From NCBI GenBank assembly GCA_947084945.1, contig CAMTUP010000007.1:6833-70832 (forward strand): 64,000 bases of DNA. Reading direction: 5' to 3'. Each line of letters begins with the position of its first letter. The stretch's first letter is position 1. Positions 29,999-40,692 of the stretch are shown piece by piece. Origin of the DNA: an uncultured Ignavibacteria bacterium (lineage in GTDB: Bacteria; Bacteroidota; Ignavibacteria; Tepidaquicellales; OLB5). The notes beneath the pieces were generated by a model. That model ran no database searches and was not told the DNA's origin. It saw nothing but the letters and a program-made list of their open reading frames with translations. The position numbers and the translations under genes were made by a program.

Positions 29999-31324
29999 CT
30001 ATTTAATTAATACAAATTTTTTTGTTTCTGTGAAGAGAGGAGCAAAAACAGGGTCAGTAATTAATACAGGAGTTACATTTGTTATTTTAAACTGGTAAAA
30101 ATAAACTCCTGATGCAAAATCCGTTCCATTGAACTCAACGATATGACTGCCTGGTTCTTTATATTCATCAAGAAGAATTGTTACTAACTGACCCAGAGCA
30201 TTATAGATCGTTATTGTTACTCTTCCATTTCTGCTCATATTATATTTAATTGCTGTAGTAGAATTAAACGGATTTGGGTAATTTTGAGAAAATGAAAAAC
30301 TTGACGGAATAAAAGGCTTTTCAGACATTATGCTCCAGTTATTACCACCGTTTGTGGTATGTAATATCAGTCCGTAACCGCTATCCCGACCAACTACCCA
30401 GCCGTTATTCTCATCAATAAAAAATACATCAGATAAATACATTTGACTGTTAAACACAAGCGATTGATTAATCCAGTTATTGCCGCCATTGCTTGTTCGA
30501 TATATTTTTCCATAGTCACCTGCGGTAGTTCCGTAGTTAGGATTTACAAACTGCATACCATAAAGTTCATTACAAGTGTTACATAATCCCTCCCAGCTTT
30601 CGCCTCCATTGTTGCTACGTAAAATACCTGAGCCGCTGCCAAAAGAATTATAAGATCCTGCAATGAACACTAAATTTGAGTCTATAAATTCAACTTCATT
30701 TAAATAGTACATGTAGCTGATAGGATTTCTGAACCAGTTAATTCCACCATTAGTTGTTCTTAGAATTGTTCTATTACCAACAACTACTCCAGTATTTTCA
30801 TCTATGAAAGATATATCAGAAAGATCATATAAAGAGTCAACAGGCTGGCTTTGCCAATTCAGTCCTCCATCAATTGTTTTTAATATTACCGGACTAAAAA
30901 AAGCACCGCCGCAAACAAAACCTGTGCCGGAATTAACAAAAGATATTCCGCTTAGATGTAAAGATGTCCCACTATTTAATTGAAACCACTGTAGTCCGCC
31001 ATCAGTAGTTTTTAATATTGTCCCCAAAGCTCCCGTAATATATCCAATACTATCATTCATGAAAATTATTTTGCCTAAGTTTTTATCTGTTATTCTAGAT
31101 TGTTCCACCCAGTTTATCCCACCGTTGGTAGTCATTAATATTATTCCGTTTACACCAGTTATGTATCCAGTAGTTAAATTCTTAAAAGAAACACTAAAAA
31201 ATGGCACTAGTGGCGTATTTGAGTGAACAATTGTAATGCAAAGAGTATTTGCATTAAACAAAATTAGAAAATTTAATAATATATACTTTACTTTAACACT
31301 TTTGCAATAGGATTTCTGTAACAT
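29999..31324 (-). CDS. YCF48/BNR-repeat secreted protein with T9SS domain
   Basis: Repeated ILxTTxGGxxW; QNYPNPFN. Confidence 0.87.
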   Translation of the reverse strand: MLQKSYCKSVKVKYILLNFLILFNANTLCITIVHSNTPLVPFFSVSFKNLTTGYITGVNGIILMTTNGGINWVEQSRITDKNLGKIIFMNDSIGYITGALGTILKTTDGGLQWFQLNSGTSLHLSGISFVNSGTGFVCGGAFFSPVILKTIDGGLNWQSQPVDSLYDLSDISFIDENTGVVVGNRTILRTTNGGINWFRNPISYMYYLNEVEFIDSNLVFIAGSYNSFGSGSGILRSNNGGESWEGLCNTCNELYGMQFVNPNYGTTAGDYGKIYRTSNGGNNWINQSLVFNSQMYLSDVFFIDENNGWVVGRDSGYGLILHTTNGGNNWSIMSEKPFIPSSFSFSQNYPNPFNSTTAIKYNMSRNGRVTITIYNALGQLVTILLDEYKEPGSHIVEFNGTDFASGVYFYQFKITNVTPVLITDPVFAPLFTETKKFVLIK

Positions 31325-31667
31325 ATCATTACATATTAAGTTTTAGCAAATATAAGCTAAAAATATAATTAATAAAACTCTTATAATTAACTCAAGTTGA
31401 CCGCCTAGTAAAAAGAAACTGTTAAAACGGTTAACTTGAGTAATTTAATCCAATTATAAGTAATATGACAAATATTTTTTGCAAGCGATGTGCTGTGCCC
31501 GCCTCTGGTGTGGCAGAAATCTCATTTCATAAAACCATTCAAAGATGTGATTGCATACTGAAGTAGCAGTCAATCTTCACTGAGCTTCTCGCAAATGTAA
31601 CTACATCACTTTGCCAGCATCAGAAACAACCCTGCCATAGTCAGGCAGGAGTTGTAAAATAATATCG

Positions 31668-33548
31668 TTACTTTAAAAGAACCATTTTTTTAATATCTGT
31701 AAACTCTGAAGTAATAATTCTATAGAAATAAATACCGCTTGCATATTTTGCAGCATTCCAATCAATTCTATAACTACCGGCGCTTAACTGTTCATTAACC
31801 AGAACTTCAATATCTTTACCGAGCAAATCATAAACAATGATTTTGACATATGTATTTTTTGGTATATCAAGATTAATCTTTGTTGAAGGATTAAATGGAT
31901 TTGGATAATTTTGGCTTAAACTAAATGTTTTGGGTGTAATTCCACTAATAGGCTCAATACCAATAACACCAACTCGGGTCATATAGAAATTAATAGTATC
32001 AGGACTAACACTCCCAACAACAACATTTCTTTCAGCAGTAAAATATCCAAACCTGTCACAAATTACACGGTATGTACCCTGCGTAATATTATTGACATCA
32101 TAAGGTCCGCCTGTTCGTGAAACACTGAATCCTTTGAATTCAGTACCGTTCATAGCATATACAATAGCCCTTTGTAATCCACCACTTTGAGGTGGAGCTA
32201 CATAAACACCGCCGCTAATAAATGAATTGCCGCCTGAACCTGTTATTGGAAATACTTTTACATCTATGTTAAAAATATTATTATTTGTGTATAATGTTTT
32301 TGATGACATCCAGTTAATTGTTCCTGAAGCAGTACCTGTATGATAAGTAGGAACAAACCTTGGAGGGATAGAAGGATCATCATCTTCGTCGTTTGGATAA
32401 GCCATAATATCACAACTATCAATAGGCAAATTTCTTAAAATATAATCACCATTAGGCTGAATAATTGCCGTATCAACAACTATAACAGCATTCAGGCTTG
32501 GGTCATATCTTAACGCTTTAACTAATCCGCTTGTAACAGGTTGTCCGTTAGGATAAGTTACTCTTCCAGAAACAGCAAAAGGAGGTTCGAAAACACCCCC
32601 ATTCGTAGTTTTTTGAGCTGAACCTAAAAAGCCAACAGTAAATCCTAAATTTGATTCAAGAAAATAAACAGAATTTAGGTTACTTGAAGTACTTGAGACT
32701 TGTGAGTTCCATATTGCACTTCCATTAGTTGTTCTTAAAATAATTCCGTCTTCACCAACTGTATAACCTGTTAGAGCATCTTTAAAAGAAATTGAATTTA
32801 AATCTTTGTTTACTATTCCCTGTTGTATCCATGATTCACCAGCATTGGTTGATTTATAAATAACACCTGATGAACCAAATTCATAACCACCAACTAAATA
32901 CCCGGTATTTGCTGTTGGGAAAACAATACTCCTGAAATCAATATCTTCTGTAGAAGGAGAAACTTCATACCAAGAATTTCCGCCATTAATAGTTTTATAA
33001 ATAACTCCGCTATATGGTGCTGTCATTTTTCCGCCAACAATGAAACCTGTATTAGAATTTATGAAATCAACAGAGTTAAATTTATTTCCATACATATTTA
33101 CAAACTGAAGTTCCCAGGTGGCTCCTCCGTTTGTGGTTTTAATAATTTTGCTGTTTAAACCAACAGCATAGCCTGTGTTAATATCTGCAAAATGAACAGA
33201 AATAAGTGATGTTTGATTTTGGTCTATCCAGCTTATACCGCCATCAGTAGTTTTAAAAATAGTCCCTTCGCAAATATAGCCTGTGTAAATATTATTAAAA
33301 TAAATAGATGAACCACTTATAGCTGTTGAAATTACCAGCCAGTTGGAACCGCCATTCAATGTCTTAAGGATAATTCCATTTCCTGAAATATATCCTATAC
33401 TTTGGTTAACAAAATAAACTGACTTCAATACATTTACAGTGCCTGATTGTAAAGGATACCATCCATTTTGCGAAGTGAGGTTGCCTGTAACAGTAAACAT
33501 AACTGTAACTATTAAACCGAATATAATATTTATATTTTTTTTGTTCAT
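31668..33548 (-). CDS. YCF48/BNR-repeat secreted protein with extra beta-sandwich domains and T9SS domain
   Basis: Signal peptide, KTTNGG.xW repeats, QNYPNPFNP. Confidence 0.88.
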   Translation of the reverse strand: MNKKNINIIFGLIVTVMFTVTGNLTSQNGWYPLQSGTVNVLKSVYFVNQSIGYISGNGIILKTLNGGSNWLVISTAISGSSIYFNNIYTGYICEGTIFKTTDGGISWIDQNQTSLISVHFADINTGYAVGLNSKIIKTTNGGATWELQFVNMYGNKFNSVDFINSNTGFIVGGKMTAPYSGVIYKTINGGNSWYEVSPSTEDIDFRSIVFPTANTGYLVGGYEFGSSGVIYKSTNAGESWIQQGIVNKDLNSISFKDALTGYTVGEDGIILRTTNGSAIWNSQVSSTSSNLNSVYFLESNLGFTVGFLGSAQKTTNGGVFEPPFAVSGRVTYPNGQPVTSGLVKALRYDPSLNAVIVVDTAIIQPNGDYILRNLPIDSCDIMAYPNDEDDDPSIPPRFVPTYHTGTASGTINWMSSKTLYTNNNIFNIDVKVFPITGSGGNSFISGGVYVAPPQSGGLQRAIVYAMNGTEFKGFSVSRTGGPYDVNNITQGTYRVICDRFGYFTAERNVVVGSVSPDTINFYMTRVGVIGIEPISGITPKTFSLSQNYPNPFNPSTKINLDIPKNTYVKIIVYDLLGKDIEVLVNEQLSAGSYRIDWNAAKYASGIYFYRIITSEFTDIKKMVLLK

Positions 33549-33839
33549 TTTAAAACCTCACAAAAATTGATTGATAAAATGTTATAACTTATTCAAAAGA
33601 TATAGTCTTTCTCATTCAAACGTAATTTAACTGTTATTTACAAAATTAACAGCATAAAAATCACTACTATTACTATGAGAATCTGAATTCCCTGTAAACC
33701 ATTAACTAACATACCTATATTTCACTCGTTTATATAGGAATTTCAGCTATATTATCAATAATAGTAGAACAAATACGAAAAATAGGCTGATAATTCCTTT
33801 TAATGAAAATTTTATTTTAAATTCCATGGCAATATATAT

Positions 33840-34670
33840 TTATTTGTTTTTATTTTTATAATCTTCAATAGTCATTGATTGAGCCCAGTAATGCAAAAAC
33901 AAGTCCTTCATATGACCTGCATAATCTGTATTTTTTATTATCAGATCAGCTTGTTTATGCTTAGGTACGTTTTTATCTGCTGATAGATTTATGAAAACAC
34001 TTTCTGAATCAAAGATTGAAATGTTAGGTAATTTAAATGATGAAAGCCTAACCTGCTCTCCGCCTTTTTTGAAAAGCTCGCATGCTTTTATCAACTCAAT
34101 ATTCATTTCTTTATCATCACTTAATTGATAAATAGAATAAATTACTCCGCCATCTTTTATGAATCTTTGGGCATCACGGCTAAGCTCTTCAACAACAACC
34201 CTTCTTGGGCTGTACATTCCATATATTTCATTCTTCGAATTATTTACAAGATCCATATACTTCGCTATACGATGCTTATTAAAGCCCCTGATAAGCTGTA
34301 TATTTCTATCAGGTCCATCGGATTTTGCAGATTCAGTTTTGTAAATCTGCTGAAGTTCCCCGAATGTTTCATTCAGACTTGTAAGTTTACTATTATAATT
34401 CTTTTTATAATCGCTTGTTATCTTATCTAAAATTATCGCAGGGTCAATTATCTGGTAATTAAGTATTGTATTGGTTTCAATTTCATTGCAATATCCTTTA
34501 TCTACAAATGATTTAAGTATATCATAAATTGAATTACGGATTATCTTAGCTTCTTTTGCTATATCAGAAGCGCTCATTGGGTTACCGCCAAGCAATACTA
34601 TTAGTACCTTAGATTCATATTCTTTAAACCCTAAAGTTTTGAGTCGCTCTATTAATATTTCTTTATTCAA
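33840..34670 (-). CDS. TrmB family transcriptional regulator
   Basis: LKTLGFKEYESKV...ASDIAKEAKIIRNSIYDILKS..DKG. Confidence 0.85.
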   Translation of the reverse strand: MNKEILIERLKTLGFKEYESKVLIVLLGGNPMSASDIAKEAKIIRNSIYDILKSFVDKGYCNEIETNTILNYQIIDPAIILDKITSDYKKNYNSKLTSLNETFGELQQIYKTESAKSDGPDRNIQLIRGFNKHRIAKYMDLVNNSKNEIYGMYSPRRVVVEELSRDAQRFIKDGGVIYSIYQLSDDKEMNIELIKACELFKKGGEQVRLSSFKLPNISIFDSESVFINLSADKNVPKHKQADLIIKNTDYAGHMKDLFLHYWAQSMTIEDYKNKNK

Positions 34671-34854
34671 TATTGCTGTAGTTTTAAACTACTGCAATAT
34701 AACATATATTAATAGATTTGTCAAGATATTAATTTAACGAAAATAGCTAATATCTAAAATACATATTAACAGGATTTTGAATATTAAGTGTACTTTTTAG
34801 ATTACTTTTTACAATATGGGAAAATATACGAGGAGTATAGTGGAGTATTTATAT

Positions 34855-34946
34855 AGAACGCGACACCCTTGAACCGCAGTGATAATAATTGCTTCCCCCG
34901 CCCTTCGAAAGAGAACAATCTATCAAAACAGTAGATGCCGCGCTCT
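34855..34946 (-). ncRNA. Candidate structured RNA
   Basis: 13-bp closing stem that is continuous only on the minus strand (3 G-U pairs); GC-rich island in an AT-rich spacer. Confidence 0.4.
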
Positions 34947-35000
34947 TGTACTTATATCAATACTTATAAAATAATTATTCTGAAAATATTTTAATCTATA

Positions 35001-35066
35001 CCGGGGTTATGGCTGTTCTTTTAATTACCTCCGTTGACGCTGATACCAAACAGCGTGTAACCCCGG
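35001..35066. ncRNA. Candidate structured RNA / switchable hairpin
   Basis: CCGGGGTTA/TAACCCCGG plus GCTGTT/AACAGC stems; alternative ACGCTG/CAGCGT hairpin. Confidence 0.35.
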
Positions 35067-35132
35067 ATAAATTACCTATAAGGGATAAATAAACATTATA
35101 TTTAATTAACTTTTTCAATTTTTTTATTTTAC

Positions 35133-35240
35133 TAACTCACCTTACGCATATAACAAGATTCACAGACAGGAATGTCTGTGTTACTAACTCACCTTGTGTC
35201 CTAAAACAGGGCAGACGCTAACGTTGCGTAAGGTGAGTTA
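35133..35240. mobile_element. 108-bp MITE/REPIN-like element
   Basis: 16-bp TIR TAACTCACCTTACGCA, internal CACAGACAGGAATGTCTGTG palindrome; close copy at 63401-63508. Confidence 0.88.
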
Positions 35241-35317
35241 CTAACTTTAGAACAATCTTGCCATAGGCATGCAAAAATAACTCCGTCCAAAGGACTCCGT
35301 CTGGAGAGTACTCGGGA

Positions 35318-37054
35318 TTATTTTAACAAAATCATCTTTTTTGTTTCGGTGAAGCTGCCTGTACTTAATCTGTAGAAATATATACCGCTTGGATATGAAG
35401 TAGCATTAAAATTAACATTATAATTACCGGCATTCACTTCTTCGTTTAACAATACAGTTACTTCCCTGCCCAGAGCATCAAAAACCTTCACTTCAACAAA
35501 ACTTTTCTTAGGGATTGAAAAGCTTATTTTAGTTTCTGGATTGAATGGATTAGGATAATTCTGCATCAAGGCAAATTTTTCTGGAACAATATTATTAATA
35601 GGTTCAATCCCAATTAAGTTAAAGCAATTGTAATAATAGTTTTTTAAATTATCGCTTAAACTAATAACATCACACACACTTTGAAAATTATTTGACCCCC
35701 TTGCGATACTATATGAATATACAACCACCTGTGTATCACCTGAAGCCATATTAAATGGACCGATGTTCACAAGATTTCTTTTATCTCCCTGTACAGGATC
35801 TCGCCAGCCTGTGCTATTGCAAGCATTACCAGAATAAACATATTTAGTAGGCAAACCTGTAATTGGATTAAAAATTGTTTCACCGCACCCATTTAACCCT
35901 TTCATAAAATTATATGCATATATATAATCATCAGGATCGCCAATACATGGATTTCCACCATTTACAAAATAATTATGACCCGACATCATTTTCATTTTAT
36001 AACCGATTAAATTATTGCAAGGTAACTTTGCAGTATCAGTATTAATGCCGGTATATACAACCGGACCTTGCAGTAATCGGTACCCAACTGCAGGAGGGGC
36101 TGTACCATACTCAAGATCTATATTATCATAATTATAAGTATAAGCAATACTTTTCAAACTATCGCAACCAACAGCATCATCAAGATAATCTCCAAGATCA
36201 CCATCGTTTACCAGAGATATATATGTGCTATCCCAATTCTTCCCGCTTTTATTAATTATTTTATATCTCACAAAATAAGAATCATGGAATCCTGTTACAT
36301 CAAAAGTATATGCCAATTGCTGAACTTCAACACCTAATGGTAAACTTCCACCAGGTAGGCTTGGTTCTGAATCATGAATATTATTTGTGCAATTAGTATA
36401 ATCCATGAATACTACAAATATCATTTCAGAAGGTCTTGCAGTACCAAAACCAACACCTGGTCTATCTGCATTCCAACCCGGTTGATAACCCGGGACTCCA
36501 TTAACTTCAACAAATGGCGCTCCCTGATTTATAGGCCAGGCACTCCATGATGAATAATTAAATGTATATGTTCTTCCGGCAGCAGTTTTAGTTCTAACAC
36601 CTCCATTAACCAATGATTGGTCAGTTACACTTACAAGATACCCGTTAAACGCCGGGTCATTGCAAACTGATATTGGCGGTATCTGTCCATTAACAGGTAT
36701 ATTACCTGGTGAATAATGAGTATTATACATAGAAGCTGCAAGCCGTAACTCTTTTTGATTTCCTGAAATAACTGATTTTGCTCCAATCCATATTCCCGAA
36801 GTAAATACAGGTGTTAATCTTTGTGTTGATGTTACAGGCCAAATAAATCCTGCTCCACTGGGACTAATAACCTTATCGTAATTAAAATACCCGTCATTTC
36901 TGAAAACGGTATTTATATTACCATTCTGTAAATAAATATTTGTTGGAGGTAATAAGGTATAATAATTATTTGGATTTTTATTATGATCACTTGCAAAATT
37001 TATTATTGAATTACTAAGTATTAACAGGGCTATTATGAGGACTTTTCTGTTCAT
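35318..37054 (-). CDS. Secreted protein of unknown function with T9SS domain
   Basis: Signal peptide; QNYPNPFNP...KKMILLK. Confidence 0.87.
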   Translation of the reverse strand: MNRKVLIIALLILSNSIINFASDHNKNPNNYYTLLPPTNIYLQNGNINTVFRNDGYFNYDKVISPSGAGFIWPVTSTQRLTPVFTSGIWIGAKSVISGNQKELRLAASMYNTHYSPGNIPVNGQIPPISVCNDPAFNGYLVSVTDQSLVNGGVRTKTAAGRTYTFNYSSWSAWPINQGAPFVEVNGVPGYQPGWNADRPGVGFGTARPSEMIFVVFMDYTNCTNNIHDSEPSLPGGSLPLGVEVQQLAYTFDVTGFHDSYFVRYKIINKSGKNWDSTYISLVNDGDLGDYLDDAVGCDSLKSIAYTYNYDNIDLEYGTAPPAVGYRLLQGPVVYTGINTDTAKLPCNNLIGYKMKMMSGHNYFVNGGNPCIGDPDDYIYAYNFMKGLNGCGETIFNPITGLPTKYVYSGNACNSTGWRDPVQGDKRNLVNIGPFNMASGDTQVVVYSYSIARGSNNFQSVCDVISLSDNLKNYYYNCFNLIGIEPINNIVPEKFALMQNYPNPFNPETKISFSIPKKSFVEVKVFDALGREVTVLLNEEVNAGNYNVNFNATSYPSGIYFYRLSTGSFTETKKMILLK

Positions 37055-37271
37055 TGTGGTATAAATTAGTTATTAAATTTATTCAATGTAAAAATAGCAC
37101 ATAATACAAGGATATGCAAAGATTTTTAAGTGGATTTGTTAAAAGTAAATCAGAATATTAGTACATCTAAAAATGCTTAAAATTGATAATTTATAGTATT
37201 TTTAATCATATTTTGATAAGACATAAATAGGCTTTTGTTAATTACAATATTCATTAAATTACCATAAAAAT

Positions 37272-38726
37272 ATGCGGGAATCGAAACTTACAGAGATGGT
37301 TAAGGGAATTACCCCTGTTGAATTTAAAAGATTCGGGGAATTCCTCAATTCACCTTTCCATAATAAAAGCAGAAAGTTAATACAGCTATATGAACTCATC
37401 AACTTTAATTTTGATGGCTTTGATGCAAACATTATTACAAATGAAAAAATAGCTAAAGCAATATTTAACGGTGAAGGTGATAAAGACCAGAATGTAAGGA
37501 CTTTAATAAGCAGCTTTACAACACTATTGGAAGATTTCCTAATAATTGAAGAACTGAATAAAAATTCAATAAAGCAAAAAAATTTCCTGCTCAAATCCTT
37601 AAGAGACAGGAATATCCTGAAAACTTTTGATATGATTTCAAAAGAAATATCAGAGATACAGCAGAAAGAATTTAACAGGAATACTGATTACTACTATAAT
37701 GAATTTACATTTAAGGAAACCTGGCTGAATTATCATGGCGAGGATTTAGACCTAGACCTTGATAAAAGCTACATGGAAATGTCTGAGAACGCTGATCATT
37801 TATTCATTGTAACAAAACTAAAAGTATTAAACACTGTTATCAGCAGGAAAATACTTTTCCCGAAGGGATGGATACCCACAGGAATTAGCATTTATAAAAG
37901 TTATTGGGCAGTTGATAGTATCCTGAAATATATTGAAAAGAATAATGATAAAATTGAAAATGGCCACCCGATAATATTTTCAGAATATAAAATTTTGATG
38001 ATGGTATTAGAGCCTGATAAGATTAAGCATTTTCATGACCTTGAAAAACATGTTTTTAATAATATAGAAAAATACAGCGAAGAAGAGCTTGAGCAGGTTT
38101 ATTACTCACTTTCAAATTACTGTATTAATAAAGTTGCTACGGGTGAAGATAAATTTGTTAACGAGCTTTACAAAATACATACAAATTTTGAAAAAACGGG
38201 GTTCTATGCTAAAAATAAAAATTTGCAATATACTGATTTTATTGGTGTAATTATTTGCGGGCTTAATATGAAGCAAATTAAATGGGTTGAGTTTTTCTTT
38301 GAAACCTATAAAGGTAATATTGCAAGTGAAGTAAAACGTGATACCATCAATCTTACATCAGCACTTATATCTTTTAATCTTAAAAAATATAAGGAGTGTA
38401 TTGGACATTTGAATAAAGTTGGATATAAATATACTTATTTTTATATGAAATCAAAGGAAACTCTGATAAAGACTTATTACGAGTTGGGTGAATTTGAATC
38501 TTTGGAAGCTGTGATAGATACAGCTAAACATTACCTAAAACGCCATAAGGAGATACTATCAATCCATTTTGATAGATACATCCTGTTTATGAATTATGTT
38601 ATAAACCTGATTAAGCTTGATAAAAAACAAAAACCTGAGCTTAAGATATTGATGAAAAAACTTGATGAAAACCGGACTACTATTGCAAGAGAATGGTTGA
38701 TTGAAAAAATTATAGAAATGAAATAA
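37272..38726 (+). CDS. Hypothetical helical/TPR-like protein
   Basis: 484-aa ORF beginning SKL..MVK...EFKRF.EFLNSPFHN; no signal peptide. Confidence 0.8.
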   Translation: MRESKLTEMVKGITPVEFKRFGEFLNSPFHNKSRKLIQLYELINFNFDGFDANIITNEKIAKAIFNGEGDKDQNVRTLISSFTTLLEDFLIIEELNKNSIKQKNFLLKSLRDRNILKTFDMISKEISEIQQKEFNRNTDYYYNEFTFKETWLNYHGEDLDLDLDKSYMEMSENADHLFIVTKLKVLNTVISRKILFPKGWIPTGISIYKSYWAVDSILKYIEKNNDKIENGHPIIFSEYKILMMVLEPDKIKHFHDLEKHVFNNIEKYSEEELEQVYYSLSNYCINKVATGEDKFVNELYKIHTNFEKTGFYAKNKNLQYTDFIGVIICGLNMKQIKWVEFFFETYKGNIASEVKRDTINLTSALISFNLKKYKECIGHLNKVGYKYTYFYMKSKETLIKTYYELGEFESLEAVIDTAKHYLKRHKEILSIHFDRYILFMNYVINLIKLDKKQKPELKILMKKLDENRTTIAREWLIEKIIEMK

Positions 38727-38922
38727 TTTCATTTCTTATAAAACTTTTGGCAAATGTATTTTCGATGAATTCTATTTGTCATTCCTGTTCGCCTTGTTTC
38801 TAAGGCGCAGGTCGTAGAACTGCACCGGCATGTCATGGATCTTGTTTCTATTGCAAAAGATTCCGTATCAAGTATGAAATGGCATTTGTGACGGAAGTTG
38901 AAAATGCCCCACAATAACTTTC

Positions 38923-39852
38923 CTATTCTTTATATTTTTTGAACATGTTACTATATCCATTTAAGAAATCTCTTACATTCATCCTTCTTTTACCTTCCAT
39001 TTGCAGTTCAGTAATTTCAAGGAATTCATTCAGACACGAAACATATAACTTATCATCTTTTACGAAAAATCTTCCGGGTCCTTTAAGGCTATCCCAACGG
39101 GATTTCACTGTACTGAATATTTTTATTAACTTGCCATTATGTTCAGTAAATGCAGAGGGGTATGGCGATAGTCCTCGTATGAAATCATAAACCTTATCAA
39201 CCGATTGGTCAAAGTTTATGCGGCAATCTTCTTTAAAAATCTTTGGCGCAGGTGTTGCCTCGCTATTGCTTTGTTTTGCAGTATGCAGGTTTCCTTTGCT
39301 GTTTTCAATTAAATTTACTGTCGAATAAATTGTCAATGCTCCAAGTTCTTTTAACTTATCATGAAGTGAACCTGCTGTATCTTCACTTGAAATATCTATT
39401 TGATTCTGAAGAATTATACTGCCTGTATCAACTTTTTCCTGAAGGAAAAATGTTGTAACTCCGGTCTTGCTTTCTCCATTGATAATTGCCCAGTTAATAG
39501 GGGCTGCGCCTCGGTATTTAGGAAGCAGTGAAGCATGCAGATTAATAGAGCCGTATTTTGGTATCTTAAAAATACTTTTTGGCAGTATTCTAAATGCTGC
39601 AACTACAATAAGATCTGGCTGCAGCGATCTTATTTCTTCTGTAAATTCATCATCTTTAAGGTTTACAGGCTGAAGGATATTAAGACCCTGTTCTAAAGCA
39701 AACTTTTTAATTTCACTTTCGGATAATTGCTGTCCCCTGCCTTTGGGTTTATCGGGAGAGGTAACAACTGCTAATATATTGTTATGAGTGTTTAAGAGTA
39801 TTCTAAGTGATGGCACTGCAAATCGAGGTGTGCCCATAAATATAATATTCAT
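38923..39852 (-). CDS. fmt: Methionyl-tRNA formyltransferase
   Basis: FMGTPRFAVPSL, NLHASLLPKYRGAAPINWAI. Confidence 0.97.
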   Translation of the reverse strand: MNIIFMGTPRFAVPSLRILLNTHNNILAVVTSPDKPKGRGQQLSESEIKKFALEQGLNILQPVNLKDDEFTEEIRSLQPDLIVVAAFRILPKSIFKIPKYGSINLHASLLPKYRGAAPINWAIINGESKTGVTTFFLQEKVDTGSIILQNQIDISSEDTAGSLHDKLKELGALTIYSTVNLIENSKGNLHTAKQSNSEATPAPKIFKEDCRINFDQSVDKVYDFIRGLSPYPSAFTEHNGKLIKIFSTVKSRWDSLKGPGRFFVKDDKLYVSCLNEFLEITELQMEGKRRMNVRDFLNGYSNMFKKYKE

Positions 39853-39862
39853 TCTAAAGGTC

Positions 39863-40480
39863 TCACTGCTTATGTTTTATTATATGTTTTCCCTTTTGGG
39901 CTTGCAGCCTTGTATTACTGTCTTTAGTAAAGGGAAGTTCTGCAAGAAGGTATTCAGTTTCTATATCACCTTTTCTTATCATATCAAGATCGGGTTTTAT
40001 TTTTTTCTTTTCAAATTTATTTAAATGATCAATAAATAATACTCCATTCAAATGATCAATTTCATGCTGGGCAACTCTGGCAATAAATCCTTTAAGCTCT
40101 ATATAGTGTTTATTTAGATCAAGGTCCTGATACTCTATATAAATTGTTTCAGGTCTGGTAACTTCTCCTCTTACATAGGGAATGCTTAGACATCCTTCTT
40201 CCAAAGAAATTTCACCATGGTAATCTTTCAATACAGGGTTTATCATAGTTATCGGTGCAGTTCGTATTTTCTTCTTATCTTCCAAACGCGAAACATCAAT
40301 AACAGTCAATGCAAGTTCACTGCCTATTTGCGGAGCTGCAAGTCCAACACCCGATGCTTTATGCATGGTATTGAACATACTGCTAACAAGCATTATAAAC
40401 TTGTCATCAATTTTTGTTACTTTTTTGGTTTTTTTCCGTAAACCTTCAAAGCCGTATGTGTAGATAGGTAATGTTTTCAA
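39863..40480 (-). CDS. def: Peptide deformylase
   Basis: GVGLAAPQIG, EEGCLSIP, QHEIDHLNG. Confidence 0.97.
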   Translation of the reverse strand: MKTLPIYTYGFEGLRKKTKKVTKIDDKFIMLVSSMFNTMHKASGVGLAAPQIGSELALTVIDVSRLEDKKKIRTAPITMINPVLKDYHGEISLEEGCLSIPYVRGEVTRPETIYIEYQDLDLNKHYIELKGFIARVAQHEIDHLNGVLFIDHLNKFEKKKIKPDLDMIRKGDIETEYLLAELPFTKDSNTRLQAQKGKHIIKHKQ

Positions 40481-40692
40481 TATCTACTAAAATATCCGTA
40501 TTTGATTGAAAAATCAATTCAAGAAACCACGCAGTGGTTTCGAAGTCCCGCCCTGGCGGGATTTCACATTTCTTTCCTCTAAAAACCACAGTTAATCATC
40601 AAATTTTAAACCATAAATCAGAGTATTGAATAAGCAAAAAAAATAGGTTAAACTTACAACTGAGGTAAGTAAATTTTTCGTATATAATAGTA

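Noticed and set aside
34855-34946. 6S RNA or tRNA identity for the structured element
   Set aside because: Too short for 6S and no cloverleaf or TTCG-arm arrangement; kept only as an unassigned candidate
38729-38914. 61-aa ORF
   Set aside because: Overlaps a degenerate GTCATTCC repeat between convergent genes
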